This document shows positions 37,971 through 50,205 of a stretch of DNA of 64,000 nt, piece after piece. Source of the stretch: Neodothiora populina (taxonomy: Eukaryota); assembly GCF_041146345.1 (NCBI RefSeq), contig NW_027191409.1:620001-684000 (forward strand), written 5' to 3'. Both the position numbers and the translations under genes were made by a program. A model generated the notes under the pieces. It made no database searches. It saw only the letters and a program-made list of their open reading frames with translations, and was not told where the DNA came from. Positions within the stretch are counted from its first letter, which is position 1, and each line of letters opens with the position of its first letter.

Positions 37971-38692
37971 ATGAAGTACTCAAACACCATCCTTGCTCTC
38001 GCGGGTCTTCTCTCGCTCGCCCAAGCCCAGAGCATCCCCGGCCTCCCCTCATGCGCAGGCAGCTGCGTGCCCGCCGACTTTGGAGGCTGCGGACAACTCG
38101 ACGTGAAGTGCATCTGTTCGAACAGCGACCTGATCGCCAACCTAGCATGCTGTGTGTCCACAGCGTGTAGCGAGGCCGACCAAGAGAGTACGTTTCCATC
38201 CCTCCTACCTCAAGCTTTGTGTATATCCAGAACCTAACCATTTTGATCTTCACAGCCACAATCCAATTCGCAGACTCCATCTGCGCAGGCCAAGGCATCG
38301 CGAACCTGCCGACAGCAGCAACCTGTGCGCCGGGCGCAAGCGGCGCCTCATCCACCGCCGCCGCCTCATCTGCCTCCTCAGCAGCATCCTCCGCTTCATC
38401 CTCCGCAGCATCATCATCATCATCATCAATCACTTCCGCAACAGGCAGCGCAGCATCGAGCGTCTCATCGCTCGTGTCCTCGGCCAGCAGCGCAGTCTCC
38501 GCCGCTTCGTCCTCTGCCGCGTCTTCGGTTGCTGCTGCGGCGACTTCTTCCGGCGCTGGATCCGTCACTTCTGCTGCTGCGTCAGCTACGCCGAGTTCGC
38601 AAACTGGTGCTGCTGCGCCTGCGATGACTGCGCGTGGGCCTGGGGTCGTGGCTGCTGTTGCTATTGTTCTTGCTGCTGGGGCGCTGCTTTAG
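37971..38692 (+). CDS. Secreted CFEM-domain protein, probably GPI-anchored
   Basis: Signal peptide MKYSNTILALAGLLSLAQA, eight-Cys CFEM pattern (LPSCAGSC...GCGQLDVKCIC...ACCV..AC...C), Ser/Ala-rich stalk and hydrophobic C-terminus. Intron 38188-38255. Confidence 0.92.
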
Positions 38693-39255
38693 GTGGGGTA
38701 TGGATGGCAGTTTCAGATCTGTGGTTCAGTACTGTACTCTGATGTTTTTTCCATATACATGTATATACACATATGTATCGGTGTTGAGCATATCAAAGGA
38801 AATGTTCGTCATCATGTGATGTTGTGAATCAATAAATGGATTCAGATAGACTTTTGTTCATATAAGAATGTTGTATTTGTCATTTCAATTCGTCTATGTA
38901 TACTGACTACTAAAGCCATGTGGATACTACAAATCTGCAGTCCACCAGGGGTGTGTGTACGTATGTTCATGCTTGCTACCGTTCCCTCGACCCCAGAAAA
39001 CCCCATAGATGATTGAATCCCCATGCTTGATTACGCCAGAATATATCTGTGGCCTCTCCTTTCCCTCATCCGCAATTATTAAACTGGTGCTTGTGTGTTG
39101 TATTAGATCACACCTATTCCCCTCCTGCCATTATCTTGTCGTCGTTAATCATATAGATGAATAATGCTGCAAATCTCTGTCGGTCGTCAATCCCTTCACC
39201 TACTTCTCCCACTTCTCCGTCTTGTGCTTTTCTTTCTGGCTGAATCGTCGCTTCT

Positions 39256-42200
39256 CTATCCGCGGACCAAAAACACAGGCACATCGCTGAGGTCGACTCC
39301 GTAGCTGTTGCTGAGCTGTACACTTCGTCTCTTGGCCGTCTGGTCGCTGCCCTGTCTGGTCCCTGCGCTGCCGCCGAAACCGTTGCCTCTCTCCCACCCG
39401 TAACCCATGCCGCCCGAGTACCTGTCGAAAGCAACATCGGCAGCATCCGGTGCGGGAGTCGTGTAGCTTCTGCGCATGCTGAGCTGCTGCGATCGGTTGT
39501 GCATGTTTTTCTCAGAAGGTGCCGGTCTGGGGGTATAGAGCGGATCGCCGGGTCGATAGGCGCGGTACTGCACAGGATTGCTGTAGGGCACGGGGCTCGA
39601 TGCCGCCGAGTGATACGACATGTACGAAGAGGTCGACTTGGAAGTCATGTACGATATTGCGCTGTCAGTCCTGTCCACGTCTTCCTGGGCGGCGATGTGG
39701 TCCGCTGGGTTTGGCGCGTGGTATCTAGCGTAGGGATCGTCGGACTTTATGTTGTCAATGTGTGCTTCCATCTCAGCGCTTGTAGGCGTGATGTATCGCG
39801 AGACCACAATCGAAGGAGAGTGTCGAGGCGTCTGTTGTGTGCTGGCTTGCTGCTGTCGAGAGGCAGGCGCTGCATTGGCCCGGCTTGGATCGTAAGCGCG
39901 ACGCTTCTCTGAAACAGGGGTTGGTACCTCGCCAGCAATGCTATGGCGCTGTAGAGGAGTGTTGGCTCCAGACTTTCCTATGTTCTGATTACGTTCGCGC
40001 CACAGCCGAGCTTGAGTTTCCCAGCCTGGCCAGCCAGGGTGCAATGCTGTTTGTGATGGAGACACAGGTACTTCTACCTCGTCCTTTTTGCTGTCTGGCA
40101 GAGCAACTTGCGCGTTCTTGGAGGGTGACTCCATACCCGGGACTTCAGGGATCGTTTCCTGCAAAGGCTTGACACCCTCACTTTCATCGAGCGCCCGGCG
40201 AGCCCGCGGGGTCAAAGACTGGGCTCGGCGTCGGGTCTTGGGTCTTTCCATCATGACAGGAGACAATCGGCCTTGAGCTTCTCCACCCTCGAACTTGATG
40301 GTTCCGACTCTGTACGGCCGTGGGCGCTCCATCGGCGTTTCTTCGTTCGAGCTGCTGGAGGCATCTCCGGTGGCGCTGGGAAGAGCGCTGGCAGATCTCA
40401 TGTGCTTTGTCTTAGAACTAGACGACTCGGGAGTTACAGGAACAGGGATATCCTTCGCGATGGCATGCTCGCTATTGCGTCTTGATCTGCTCAAGCTACG
40501 AGCACGGCGATCATTCGCTTGTTGCTCAGCCACGTCTCGGCTCTTGGACCGGGCATATTGGGCAGCAGTCTCGTCGTCCATGCTCGCAAAGGGTCGGGCA
40601 AACTTCGAGCTGATCTGGTGTGGATGCAATTGAGGACGTGAGGCATCGAATGACTGCTTGGCCTTGGATTGACGGACTGCAATGTCATACGGAGATTCAC
40701 CGAGGGATTGTGTGACAGTGCCAAAGTCAGAGATGTTGGGCATCGGCTCATCGCTGACCATTGCTGCTTCAGGGGAACGACGTCGACTCTTGCTTCTGCT
40801 GCGGCTCCTGAGTCGACTCAAGAAGCTCCTCCTCTTCTCGCCCTTTGGAGTGTCGGAATCAGTCTTTGCGGATCTGCCACGGCCTCTGTCCTCGTCATTG
40901 AGTTGCTTCAAGCCATCCGATGCCGTCGGAGAATTTCCTGCTTCTTTGCGGATTGTCTCGTCAACCGAAGTGTATGTCTGATCCAAGTGGGACATGCCCG
41001 GCTTCTGGACCAGACGGCGGGAGAAATTCACCTGGACATTGTCGGGAACGCTTGGGAGGGCTTCTTCCTTGACTTCTTCCACTGGCGCTTGCACTTCGAC
41101 CTGCTGCGGTGACTGCGTCCGTGGTCTGATTTTCTGCAACTTCTTGGGCTGCTTTTGAGATTTGCTGGATCTAATGTCCTGGGCGGACGCCGATGGAGTA
41201 ACATTCGTTGAAGGTGTCGCTGAAGGAAACACTGAAGCCGGGTTGCTGGGGAATGCACTGACGGCGGGTCGCTCATGGAGGGGAGACTTATCGAGTGACT
41301 GTGGCTGATCAGCTGTGATAGCGATCGCTCTTGGCTCGCCATCCATTGAACCCCTTGGACTCGCAACAGCAGTCTTGGAGGTGTCATCAATGTTCAGATT
41401 GTCCGTCTGTGCCTCAGCCTGCGCAAGTCCGGAGACCTCGGAGTTGTAGCCACTGTCAATCTTGGCTTGCATGGAGGATCTCCGGGGCGCTTGCAGGTAG
41501 GTACGATCGAGATCAGGACGGCTGGCGCTCGAGTCCGAGGCTCCAGAGGCCTGGCGAGATCGCATTGGGGAGTCAACACCTGTGAGCTTCTTCAATGCGT
41601 CGTTTGGCGTCCCGTTAGTCTCGTTGACGGGTGAGTTGTCTTCCACAGTGCTGAGACGGGTTTCTTGAACAGCTAGAGGTACATTCTCAGTGTACACATC
41701 CGGAGTAACCTCACACTCTGTGATATAGGCTTGTGCCATGTCAGGGGCACGCTGCTGCAATCGAGGGTTTGAAATTGTGCGAGGGGACGCGCGCGGAGAT
41801 TGATGCACATAACGTCCATGCGTTTGCTCGGATCCAGTGCTGATGGTCAAGGGTGGCGTGGACACCGTCTTGGGCAGGACGCGGCTGCCGAGAGATCTGG
41901 ATTGAGGCGAGGACCGGAACATCGAGTTGAGTTTGTGGTCAATAGCCTCCGAAACAGATTCACCTTCATTCGCCATCGCAAAGCCATCGGGAGCGGCAGG
42001 GCCGGTAGTGGGGTCGCGCATTCCTCCTGATTGCGCGGAGAAGTCCATGATTTGATTCGGCTCTGGCGAAGCGGCGCCATTCATGATGCGGAGTGAGCCG
42101 AGCTGGTATGTTCCTGTGTGGGTGATATCACAGTCAGAAGGTGTTGCAGCGCCTGGACGGGGCACCATCCTCCTGATTGGTTGATCCAGAGCATCGAACC

Positions 42201-42888
42201 CACCTTCGACGAATTGATCCCAAGTGTTCGAGTCTTGTTGGCGGCCGACTTGGGAGGCCGAGCGACGGCGTTCCTGCTGAGATGGGTGTCTGCCTGGTTT
42301 CCTCTTGAGTGCCTCGAGGGAGACACGAGTGGCAACACCGGCAGGGAGCAGAGAGCTGCGTCTGATCAAAGGCGAGATGGTCTCCACTGGCTCCTGAGCT
42401 TCCGAGATGGGGTCTGCCATCTCAGGATCGACAGATCTAGTCGGGAGCAAGGCCTTGTGCAAGGCAATAAGATCTTCGGGAGAAGCATTCTTCTTCAACT
42501 CTTGCAGGAGGGCAATGGCAGCACTGATGTCCAATTCGGAGCCATCTACGGCGACAGAGTGGCGCTTGGAGACGCTCGGGGTGCTGTGGAAAGAGCCAGA
42601 CGCTCTTGTGAGGTTAGGAACAGATGCAGCAGGGAAACCTTGAGAGTAGACATCGTCTGGAGAAAGACGCTGCAAAGGAGATTCATGTGAGTGAGCCAGT
42701 GGACTCTCATCATAGTCGACGTCGACTCCTGGACTGGAAGCCTTGCTCGATCCGAACTTGTTAGAATCACTGCATTGTCTCGCAATTCCTAGATGTGCAG
42801 AATTGGTGTTGGTTCGGGGTTTAGTAAGACGCTGAGGACCAGAGGGTACTGGACCATCATCTTCTTGCAGCGAAGGTACATTGCCCAT
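39256..42888 (-). CDS. Large low-complexity hypothetical protein with N-myristoylation motif
   Basis: 1210-aa open frame. Begins MGNVPS; has short motif-like islands (RLTKPRT, GSLRIMNGAASPEP, DRYSGGMGYGWE.G.GFGGSAGTR, YGVDLSDVP). Confidence 0.85.
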   Translation of the reverse strand: MGNVPSLQEDDGPVPSGPQRLTKPRTNTNSAHLGIARQCSDSNKFGSSKASSPGVDVDYDESPLAHSHESPLQRLSPDDVYSQGFPAASVPNLTRASGSFHSTPSVSKRHSVAVDGSELDISAAIALLQELKKNASPEDLIALHKALLPTRSVDPEMADPISEAQEPVETISPLIRRSSLLPAGVATRVSLEALKRKPGRHPSQQERRRSASQVGRQQDSNTWDQFVEGGFDALDQPIRRMVPRPGAATPSDCDITHTGTYQLGSLRIMNGAASPEPNQIMDFSAQSGGMRDPTTGPAAPDGFAMANEGESVSEAIDHKLNSMFRSSPQSRSLGSRVLPKTVSTPPLTISTGSEQTHGRYVHQSPRASPRTISNPRLQQRAPDMAQAYITECEVTPDVYTENVPLAVQETRLSTVEDNSPVNETNGTPNDALKKLTGVDSPMRSRQASGASDSSASRPDLDRTYLQAPRRSSMQAKIDSGYNSEVSGLAQAEAQTDNLNIDDTSKTAVASPRGSMDGEPRAIAITADQPQSLDKSPLHERPAVSAFPSNPASVFPSATPSTNVTPSASAQDIRSSKSQKQPKKLQKIRPRTQSPQQVEVQAPVEEVKEEALPSVPDNVQVNFSRRLVQKPGMSHLDQTYTSVDETIRKEAGNSPTASDGLKQLNDEDRGRGRSAKTDSDTPKGEKRRSFLSRLRSRSRSKSRRRSPEAAMVSDEPMPNISDFGTVTQSLGESPYDIAVRQSKAKQSFDASRPQLHPHQISSKFARPFASMDDETAAQYARSKSRDVAEQQANDRRARSLSRSRRNSEHAIAKDIPVPVTPESSSSKTKHMRSASALPSATGDASSSSNEETPMERPRPYRVGTIKFEGGEAQGRLSPVMMERPKTRRRAQSLTPRARRALDESEGVKPLQETIPEVPGMESPSKNAQVALPDSKKDEVEVPVSPSQTALHPGWPGWETQARLWRERNQNIGKSGANTPLQRHSIAGEVPTPVSEKRRAYDPSRANAAPASRQQQASTQQTPRHSPSIVVSRYITPTSAEMEAHIDNIKSDDPYARYHAPNPADHIAAQEDVDRTDSAISYMTSKSTSSYMSYHSAASSPVPYSNPVQYRAYRPGDPLYTPRPAPSEKNMHNRSQQLSMRRSYTTPAPDAADVAFDRYSGGMGYGWERGNGFGGSAGTRQGSDQTAKRRSVQLSNSYGVDLSDVPVFLVRG

Positions 42889-44601
42889 GCTGTGTCTCTT
42901 GCTATCTTTCTTATCGATGTCTATCAGTGGAAGTTAGCAGTTGAACTGGTAAGATTGATTGGGTGAGTGAAGAAGGTAAAAACCTTTACTGCTCTGGCTC
43001 CTGAAGAGGCCGGTAGGGCTTGTGAAGGCCCCGAAACGTCCACGCATTAGTGCTGCTTGTGTGATGGTCCGGCTGGCAGGCCTCGTGAGGGGAACTGTTG
43101 TATTACAGTTCTATCACAGCGTGGCGACCAACGGTCATGGGGGGTGACGAGTAGATCGGGGCAGTGTTACTCGCTTAGGCGTGATAATCAAATGGTACAA
43201 TGCTAACACATGAAAGTAGTCACAGCCACAGGGGAAAATGTGGGATGAAACCCAGGAACAATCGAAAAAACGGCGAGCCAACGGGTTTTTGAGAATAGAT
43301 GGCAAGCGAGGCGAGTATTGTCATGTCATGGGGAAAATCAAGTATGGAGAAACGGACGAGTTCTTATGCATTGGGTGATCTCGCTATCTAGTGCCTCTGG
43401 TTCGAGGTAAACAGGTTCGACTGCTACAGTATCCACCAAGTCAGAGCACGCAGGCCCCGGTTCGAGATGGCCGCAGGCTGGCGACCTGCCACCGACGGGA
43501 AGCAAGCGCTGGCGTATGCGTGTTGCTCTGGCCAACCAGCGCTCTGTCGGTGCGTTTCAGCCTCACGGAACTTGGTTTGGCTCGGATCTAAAAGACGGTG
43601 CTAGGACAGGACGGGACTTAAGTGTGGCACAGTCTGCCACGATCTCCAGTGAACCTGGCAGATAATAGGCACAGCCGGAGAACGTCAAGGCATATTAAGG
43701 CAGCTCAAGGTGCGAATCGGCGCATCTGGCAATGGAGGGCAATGGAGAGTCAGCCTTTTCTCCCCTCCTCAACGCAGGCTGGTTGTCATGCCGGTGGCCG
43801 TGTCGCTCCAGCGTGGTTCCACTCTGAAGGACGGAAAGTGGCAGTAGCATGCGCATGTCTGAGGCAGTTACACAAACAGCACAGAATGGAAAGTGAAGGC
43901 ACTTCCGGGTCGTACCACATACCGTGATAGTCAATGTCATCGAGATAGGCCGGATCACTCGCACAAGGGAACCCCCTGGTGGACAAAGAAAGTGTCGGTG
44001 AGGGGTGTTATGGGTTGCTAACTTATCTGCTACTGCCTTTGGGAGGTCCTGTGTTCAGTCGGCACACGCGTGTATCGCTGGCTTAATCTATCGTGTGTAT
44101 AAGAAAAGAAGATTAGTCGAATTTAATCGATCGGCAATACTGTGGGTGAACCGAGCGAATGACACCACAAAGGCCAAGCTGTGCTAGCTTATCTACCGTA
44201 CTGTACTGTACGTAGTGTGCGGGACGCGGAGGATTGTATGGTGTCACAAGTGCAGATTTGATGTGGCAGTGCAGACAGGTACAAGCTAGAGTACGGTGCC
44301 GTGACCAAAGAAGAGCAAGATAGGAGATTTTGCAGCAGCAAGTGGAGCAGCAGGGGTTGTTCTGTCCAAGAGTATGTTAAGGTTCTGCAGATGTCTACAA
44401 GTGGGAAAGGCACTAGCGGAGTATGGTAGGAAAAGATAGGTGGAAAGTAAAGAAGAAGAGGGAAAAAAACAAGTGGCTGTGCTGTATGGAGCCGCGCCGC
44501 ATGTCTCGGACTCGGCAAGCGGAATGATGCGAAACGCCAAAACGCGGTTGACTGGAAGGAGCAAGATAAATGCTGTGATCCTATTGGCTGAAGGCAACAA
44601 A

Positions 44602-44629
44602 ACGCGTGTTGAAATTGGAAGGTTCGCGT
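44602..44629. promoter_or_regulatory. MCB-like cell-cycle boxes upstream of MCM7
   Basis: ACGCGT at 44602-44607 and TCGCGT at 44624-44629, with another ACGCGT at 44066-44071. The first two lie about 300 nt before the ATG of a replication gene. Confidence 0.45.
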
Positions 44630-44907
44630 CAGACAATTGTATGTCGTATGTCGTGCATGTCGTGTTGTGTCGTGTTTCTCTTTCTTCCACTCCTCCCTCC
44701 CTCCCCTGCCACCACTAGCAAAGCACCCACCCTTAAACACACTCACTCGCAGCTTCTGGACTCGCCTTTCCGTCGTCTCCACTTTCTCAACAAGCTGTGC
44801 ATCTCGGCATACCCAGACCACCCCCCGTTCCTTTATCGTGACTTCCCACCCTTCGACTTCCAACCCAGGCCTGATCAGAACACACCCAAAGCGTCGCTAC
44901 CGGGATC

Positions 44908-47601
44908 ATGGCTCTCCTGACCTACAAATCCCTGATCAATTACGAGGAGCAGCAAGGTGTGTCATGCCACTCGCTCAATCCGAGACGCTATCTCTCTGAG
45001 ACTCGGTCGATGGCATGCAAGCAAGCTTACATGCAATGCAGCTGCCTTTGAGGACTTCCTGCGCTCCTTCAAGAGTTCATCGACAGAAGCCGCCGATGCG
45101 CTAGACGACCTCAAGCTCAACGAGCAGGATGACGATAACGAGTATGACTTTATGGACGAGTCAGAAGAGGAAGGTGCGCAGCAGCAGCCGGGAGAATCAG
45201 GAAGGCGCACGCGGCAGAACAGATCAAAAGCGAAATACATGAATTTGCTGCAAAATGTGGCAGATCGCAAAGTCGACGCTGTGCTGATCGACCTCGACGA
45301 TCTTGACCAGGTATTTGGTTTTGTTTCACCTCTGTCGATGACTTGGAAGCTGACATGGTCCTTTCCTGCAGTATGAGAAAGCGCTGGACGAGACACAATC
45401 CCACCTCAAGCTGGTGTCATCAATCGAGAACAATGCGCTACACTACATCGAGATCCTGTCACGGGCAGTCGACAAAGTCATGCCGGACCCCAAGAGCGAC
45501 CTGAGCTTCAAGGACGACGTGCTGGATGTCATCCTGACTCAGCGCTCCAAGGCCAATGAGGTGCAACAGCAGCTTCTGGACGAAGGCGCCGACACGAGTG
45601 CCTCGACAGCCCCAGACAACCTCTTCCCTCCCGCCCTCACGCGCCGCTACAACCTCAACTTCAAGCCCATGACCCCCTCCGGGTCCAGCGCGGAAAAGAG
45701 TGGGAAGGCATTAGCCGTGCGGCAGGTGCGTGGCGAGCATCTGGGCCACCTCATCACGGTGCGCGGAATCGCCATCAGAGTGTCGGACGTCAAGCCCGCA
45801 GTGCAGGTCAACGCATACTCGTGTAACCAGTGCGGTCAAGAGGTCTTCCAGCCCATCACCACCAAGCAATACACGCCCATGATCATGTGTCCCTCCAAGA
45901 CTTGTCAGGAGAACAACGTCAAGGGCGAGCTGATCCACTCGGTGCGAGCTTCCAAGTTCCTCGCCTTCCAGGAGATCAAGATTCAAGAGATGGCAGATCA
46001 GGTTCCCGTCGGCCATATTCCCCGTCAATTGACTGTGCACTGCCACGGATCGCTGGCGAGACAGATCAACCCGGGTGACGTCGTCGACATTGCCGGCATC
46101 TTCTTGCCCACTCCCTACACCGGCTTCAAGGCCATCAAGGCGGGTCTGTTGACCGACACCTATCTCGAGGCCCAGCATGTGCACCAGCACAAGAAGAGCT
46201 ACGACTCGATGGTCCTGGCTCCCTCGATGCTCCGGCGAATGGAAGACCTGGAGCGCTCTGGTCAGCTCTACGAATATCTCAGCAGATCCATCGCCCCCGA
46301 GATCTTTGGTCACTTGGACGTCAAGAAGGCTCTGCTTCTGCAGCTCATCGGAGGTGTGACCAAGGAGGTCGGCGACGGCATGCGCATTCGTGGCGACATC
46401 AATGTCTGTCTCATGGGTGATCCCGGTGTTGCCAAGTCTCAGTTGCTCAAGTACATCACAAAAGTCGCTCCCCGTGGAGTCTACACGACCGGTCGTGGAT
46501 CTTCGGGCGTTGGTCTCACTGCTGCAGTCATGCGCGACCCGGTGACTGACGAGATGGTGCTTGAGGGCGGCGCGCTTGTGCTGGCCGATAATGGCACCTG
46601 CTGCATCGATGAGTTTGACAAGATGGACGACAGCGACCGAACCGCGATCCACGAAGTCATGGAGCAACAGACCATTTCCATCTCCAAGGCAGGCATCACA
46701 ACGACACTGAACGCACGCACATCCATCTTGGCGGCAGCCAATCCGCTCTATGGTCGTTATAACCCTCGCATATCTCCAGTGGAGAACATCAATCTGCCCG
46801 CAGCTCTCCTCTCTCGTTTCGATGTGCTCTTCCTCATCCTAGATACCCCGAGCAGAGACGCAGACGAGGATCTCGCACGCCACGTCACCTACGTCCACAT
46901 CCACAACGCTCACCCCGAACCAGCAGGCGGCGGCCTGATCTTCTCCCCTCAGGAAGTCCGACAATGGGTCGCTCGCGCACGTACCTTCCGTCCACTCGTT
47001 CCCAAGTCAGTGACAGATTACCTCGTGGGCGCCTACGTGCGTCTGAGACAACAGCAAAAGCGCGATGAGAGCAACAAGAAACAGTTCACACACACCTCCC
47101 CGCGTACCCTCCTCGCAGCCATCCGTCTATCACAAGCGCTAGCCAGACTGCGGTTCGCAGACGAAGTCATCACCGACGATGTCGACGAGGCCCTTCGTCT
47201 ACTCGAGATCTCCAAGGCCAGTCTGTACGAGGACGACAGGACGAGGAGAGGCGACATGAGCGTCAGCTCCAGAGTGTTCAATCTCATCCGTGGCATGCGT
47301 GAGAGTGGAGCTGCAGCCACAGGAGAAGGACGGGGAGAACTCGATCTCAGGAGAGTCAGAGAGCGCGTGCTCGCCAAGGGATTCACCATTCAACAGCTCG
47401 AGAGTTGTATCGAGGAGTATGCGGATCTCGACGTAAGTCTTTCTTCTTTTTTCTTACATTTTTCCCCTCGCTATTTCAATCCAATCTCGGAACGGGACTA
47501 TACTGACGATGTGAACACAGATCTGGCAAACCGCCGCCGAAGGAACACGACTTGTCTTCATCGAGACAGACGAAGACGACGCGGACATGGACGACGAGTG
47601 A
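44908..47601 (+). CDS. MCM7: DNA replication licensing factor MCM7
   Basis: C4 zinc finger, Walker [17 protein letters not shown], arginine finger ALLSRFD, and MCM7-type RASKF..FQE and [12 protein letters not shown]. Introns at 44957-45041, 45311-45371 and 47433-47520. Confidence 0.97.
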
Positions 47602-48955
47602 ATGTCCCCGTTTTGATGTTGCTTCGTTTTGTTTCATTCTGAATACACCACCCTCCTCCATAATCTACTTGTTTTTTCGTTATTCTATTGAAGGGATAGG
47701 GGAAAAAAGGAAAGGTAACACCACATCTAGGCTACCACCAACGCCTCTCTCTCTCCTGATGTGACGGAAGGGGAGGTTTGATCATGAATACCCAATAAAT
47801 ATCATTATTTATCGCATCAAGTTACAACAACAGCATTTCATTCTTGTTAGAGCTCGCCATGTCTAGTGTATCGATCCCAAAGATTACTTTAATGAGATGA
47901 TGACCGGAAGAGACGGGGCCACGAACATCAGGATCTTGAAAAGGACCAATGTCGTTATGAATTATAATGTTGCGTTTCATTGAGTGATGTCTCGATCGCT
48001 ATAATAAGAATAAATGGGGTGCCATATCAACTCTATCCCGCTGTCCTAATCTGGTCCACAGTAAAGTAGTGAAAAGTAAAGCGAGACGAGCACGCCCGAT
48101 GCAGGATATTCTACTCCGCTCCCTTGTCCTCAAAGTCAACGCAAGTATAGTAGAAGTATGTCCAAACCCTCAGGGTACTAAAGGAAATACCGAGAGTAAG
48201 ATCTGTTGAGATATCTTAGCTAGAGAAGCACAAAGCCCGACAGCGCAACAGCGTAACAAAAGCACTACTTTTTCAAGGTAGTTATGTGATCTGCCGGGTA
48301 ACCCTGTCTGTAACACACTATTGTTCACCTCTGTATACTGTGCTGTACCTACTTTGGATGTACATGCCTACCAAGGTACAGTCATCAACCTTGTACATCT
48401 AATAGTACGTGCTCGCTCGAATATCTCCGTAGGGTCTGCCCCGATGCATGCCTTGGATAAATCACCGTATATTGTGTACTTATCTGAGTCGAAGGAGGAA
48501 GATGTTGGTCTCGATGAAGGCAACACATAGTCTACAGACACGAGAACATGATGGAAATATCTATCGCTTCGTCGCGAGGTATGCTGCTTTTGTGTAAAAA
48601 GCCGAAGATTCGAAAGGAAAAGGGGAAGTGAGAAGTGATGACATTATTATTGATTTGAATTCGTGTGTTCGTATCCGTCTTGTTCATCTTTCTGCTGCTT
48701 CCTCCTGCATGTCATACGCGACTCAGCATTTTCATCTAACACGCAAGCAATCATCTAACTAAACAGAAAAAAGCGACAGACACAGCTAAAAACGCCGGAA
48801 GTCCAGTCGTGAATCTCGCTATGATTTGTAGAACAACAACAACCCCTTTGACCCTGCGTGAAACAAACTCACCAGTCTCATTCTCCTCGTGCATGATCGT
48901 GACGAGGGAGAGACGTTGTGGTAACGGGAAAAACAAAAAGAAATGGTCGTTAAGA

Positions 48956-50205
48956 TTACACCACCTCCTTGCCCTGGTGCTCTATCCAGCGAATCTTCTC
49001 CTCCTTCATGCAGCGCTTGACGTAGGCAAAGGTACACACCGTCCACACGCCAGCCCAGATGAACGGCACCGCCCATCCAACGACATAGGCGGCGTCTCTC
49101 TGAATAGTGAAAATCAAAATAGTGATGACCACCGCTGCCGTCTCTGCACCGATGCCCCAGAACAAGGTCAATCTGTGGAGCATCTGTCTGAAATCGTGAC
49201 TGGCTTCATATCTCGCGTTCAGGCGCTCTCTGAACTCGACACCACCGGAACCGTCGACTGCCACGACATCCTCAATGATCCAGTAGATTCCAGGTCTGAT
49301 CCACGACTTGGCAGGCATGGAGGAAATTCGGAATGGCGCAGGAATGCCGAGTAGACGCATACCGTCCTGGATCAGCATCTCTGTGCCAAAGACGTAGAGC
49401 AGAGAGGTCACGGGCATGGCAAGCAATCGGATGGGGGGGTTTTCGGGGACGGTACCACTGCGCATCAATATTAGCGAAAGGGAACTCAAAAACAACATCA
49501 ACAATCAACGTACACGATGAGCTCGATCATAATGATGACCCATGCGAGGGTGAAGTTCCAGTGAAACCAATCAAGGTATGACCGTCTGCCGCCGATCACG
49601 CGGCACGTGCTGTCCTTTTTGAACAGACGCCAGAAGCGGACAAAGTATTCGAAGATACTGATGCCTCCCAACGCAGCCGTGACAATACTGAAGACCGTGT
49701 TCGGAGACAGATTTGTTCCGTACCAGAGACCAAAGTACAAGCCGAGGGGCATGGCGATGGAATCGATGAGAATAAGCGTCCAGAAATAGGCGATACTCTT
49801 CTTGCGGGAACGGAGATCATATTCGAGTGCAGGAGGACCCAAAGTATTAGCTGCATCTGTCGTTGTCCTCGCCGGTCCTGCTAAACTCGTACGAGGTGCC
49901 TGAAATGATATTCGTCCATTATCTGATGACCGCCGTCGTCCAAAGTCGAAAGTTCCTCGTCGTTCTGAGCCACCAGAGTCGACTCGTTGCGGAGGTTCCG
50001 GAACCCCACGAGCAAATTGAACCGACGGTCGAGGCAACGGAGCGGCCTCGGGCTTTCGGATATCTGAAGGCGAATCAATGCGAGCTGGGTCGCGTACAGA
50101 TGCTATATCGCCTTCCACTATTGACGCTGGTGTGGATGCAGATCTGGTGGAGTCGGTTGGTATTATGGGTGACGCCGATGACTTCTCGTCTATGACCGAC
50201 GACAT
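48956..50205 (-). CDS. Conserved fungal multi-pass membrane protein, unknown function
   Basis: ATG 50205 and intron 49458-49513. About six hydrophobic segments; motifs APFRISS, RPGIY.IIEDVVAVDGSGG and RYEAS..FR.ML. Confidence 0.82.

Noticed and set aside
43399..43465. Three GGTTCGA B-box or T-loop-like heptamers
   Set aside because: No flanking T-stem, acceptor stem or A-box, so not a tRNA or SINE that I can support.
44189..44863. 224-aa minus-strand ORF in the MCM7 promoter
   Set aside because: Non-ATG start, low-complexity promoter sequence and no domain.
45711..46667. 318-aa ORF antisense to MCM7, and similar shadow ORFs over OAT, PAB2 and palF
   Set aside because: Mirror frames of codon-biased genes with no independent motifs.
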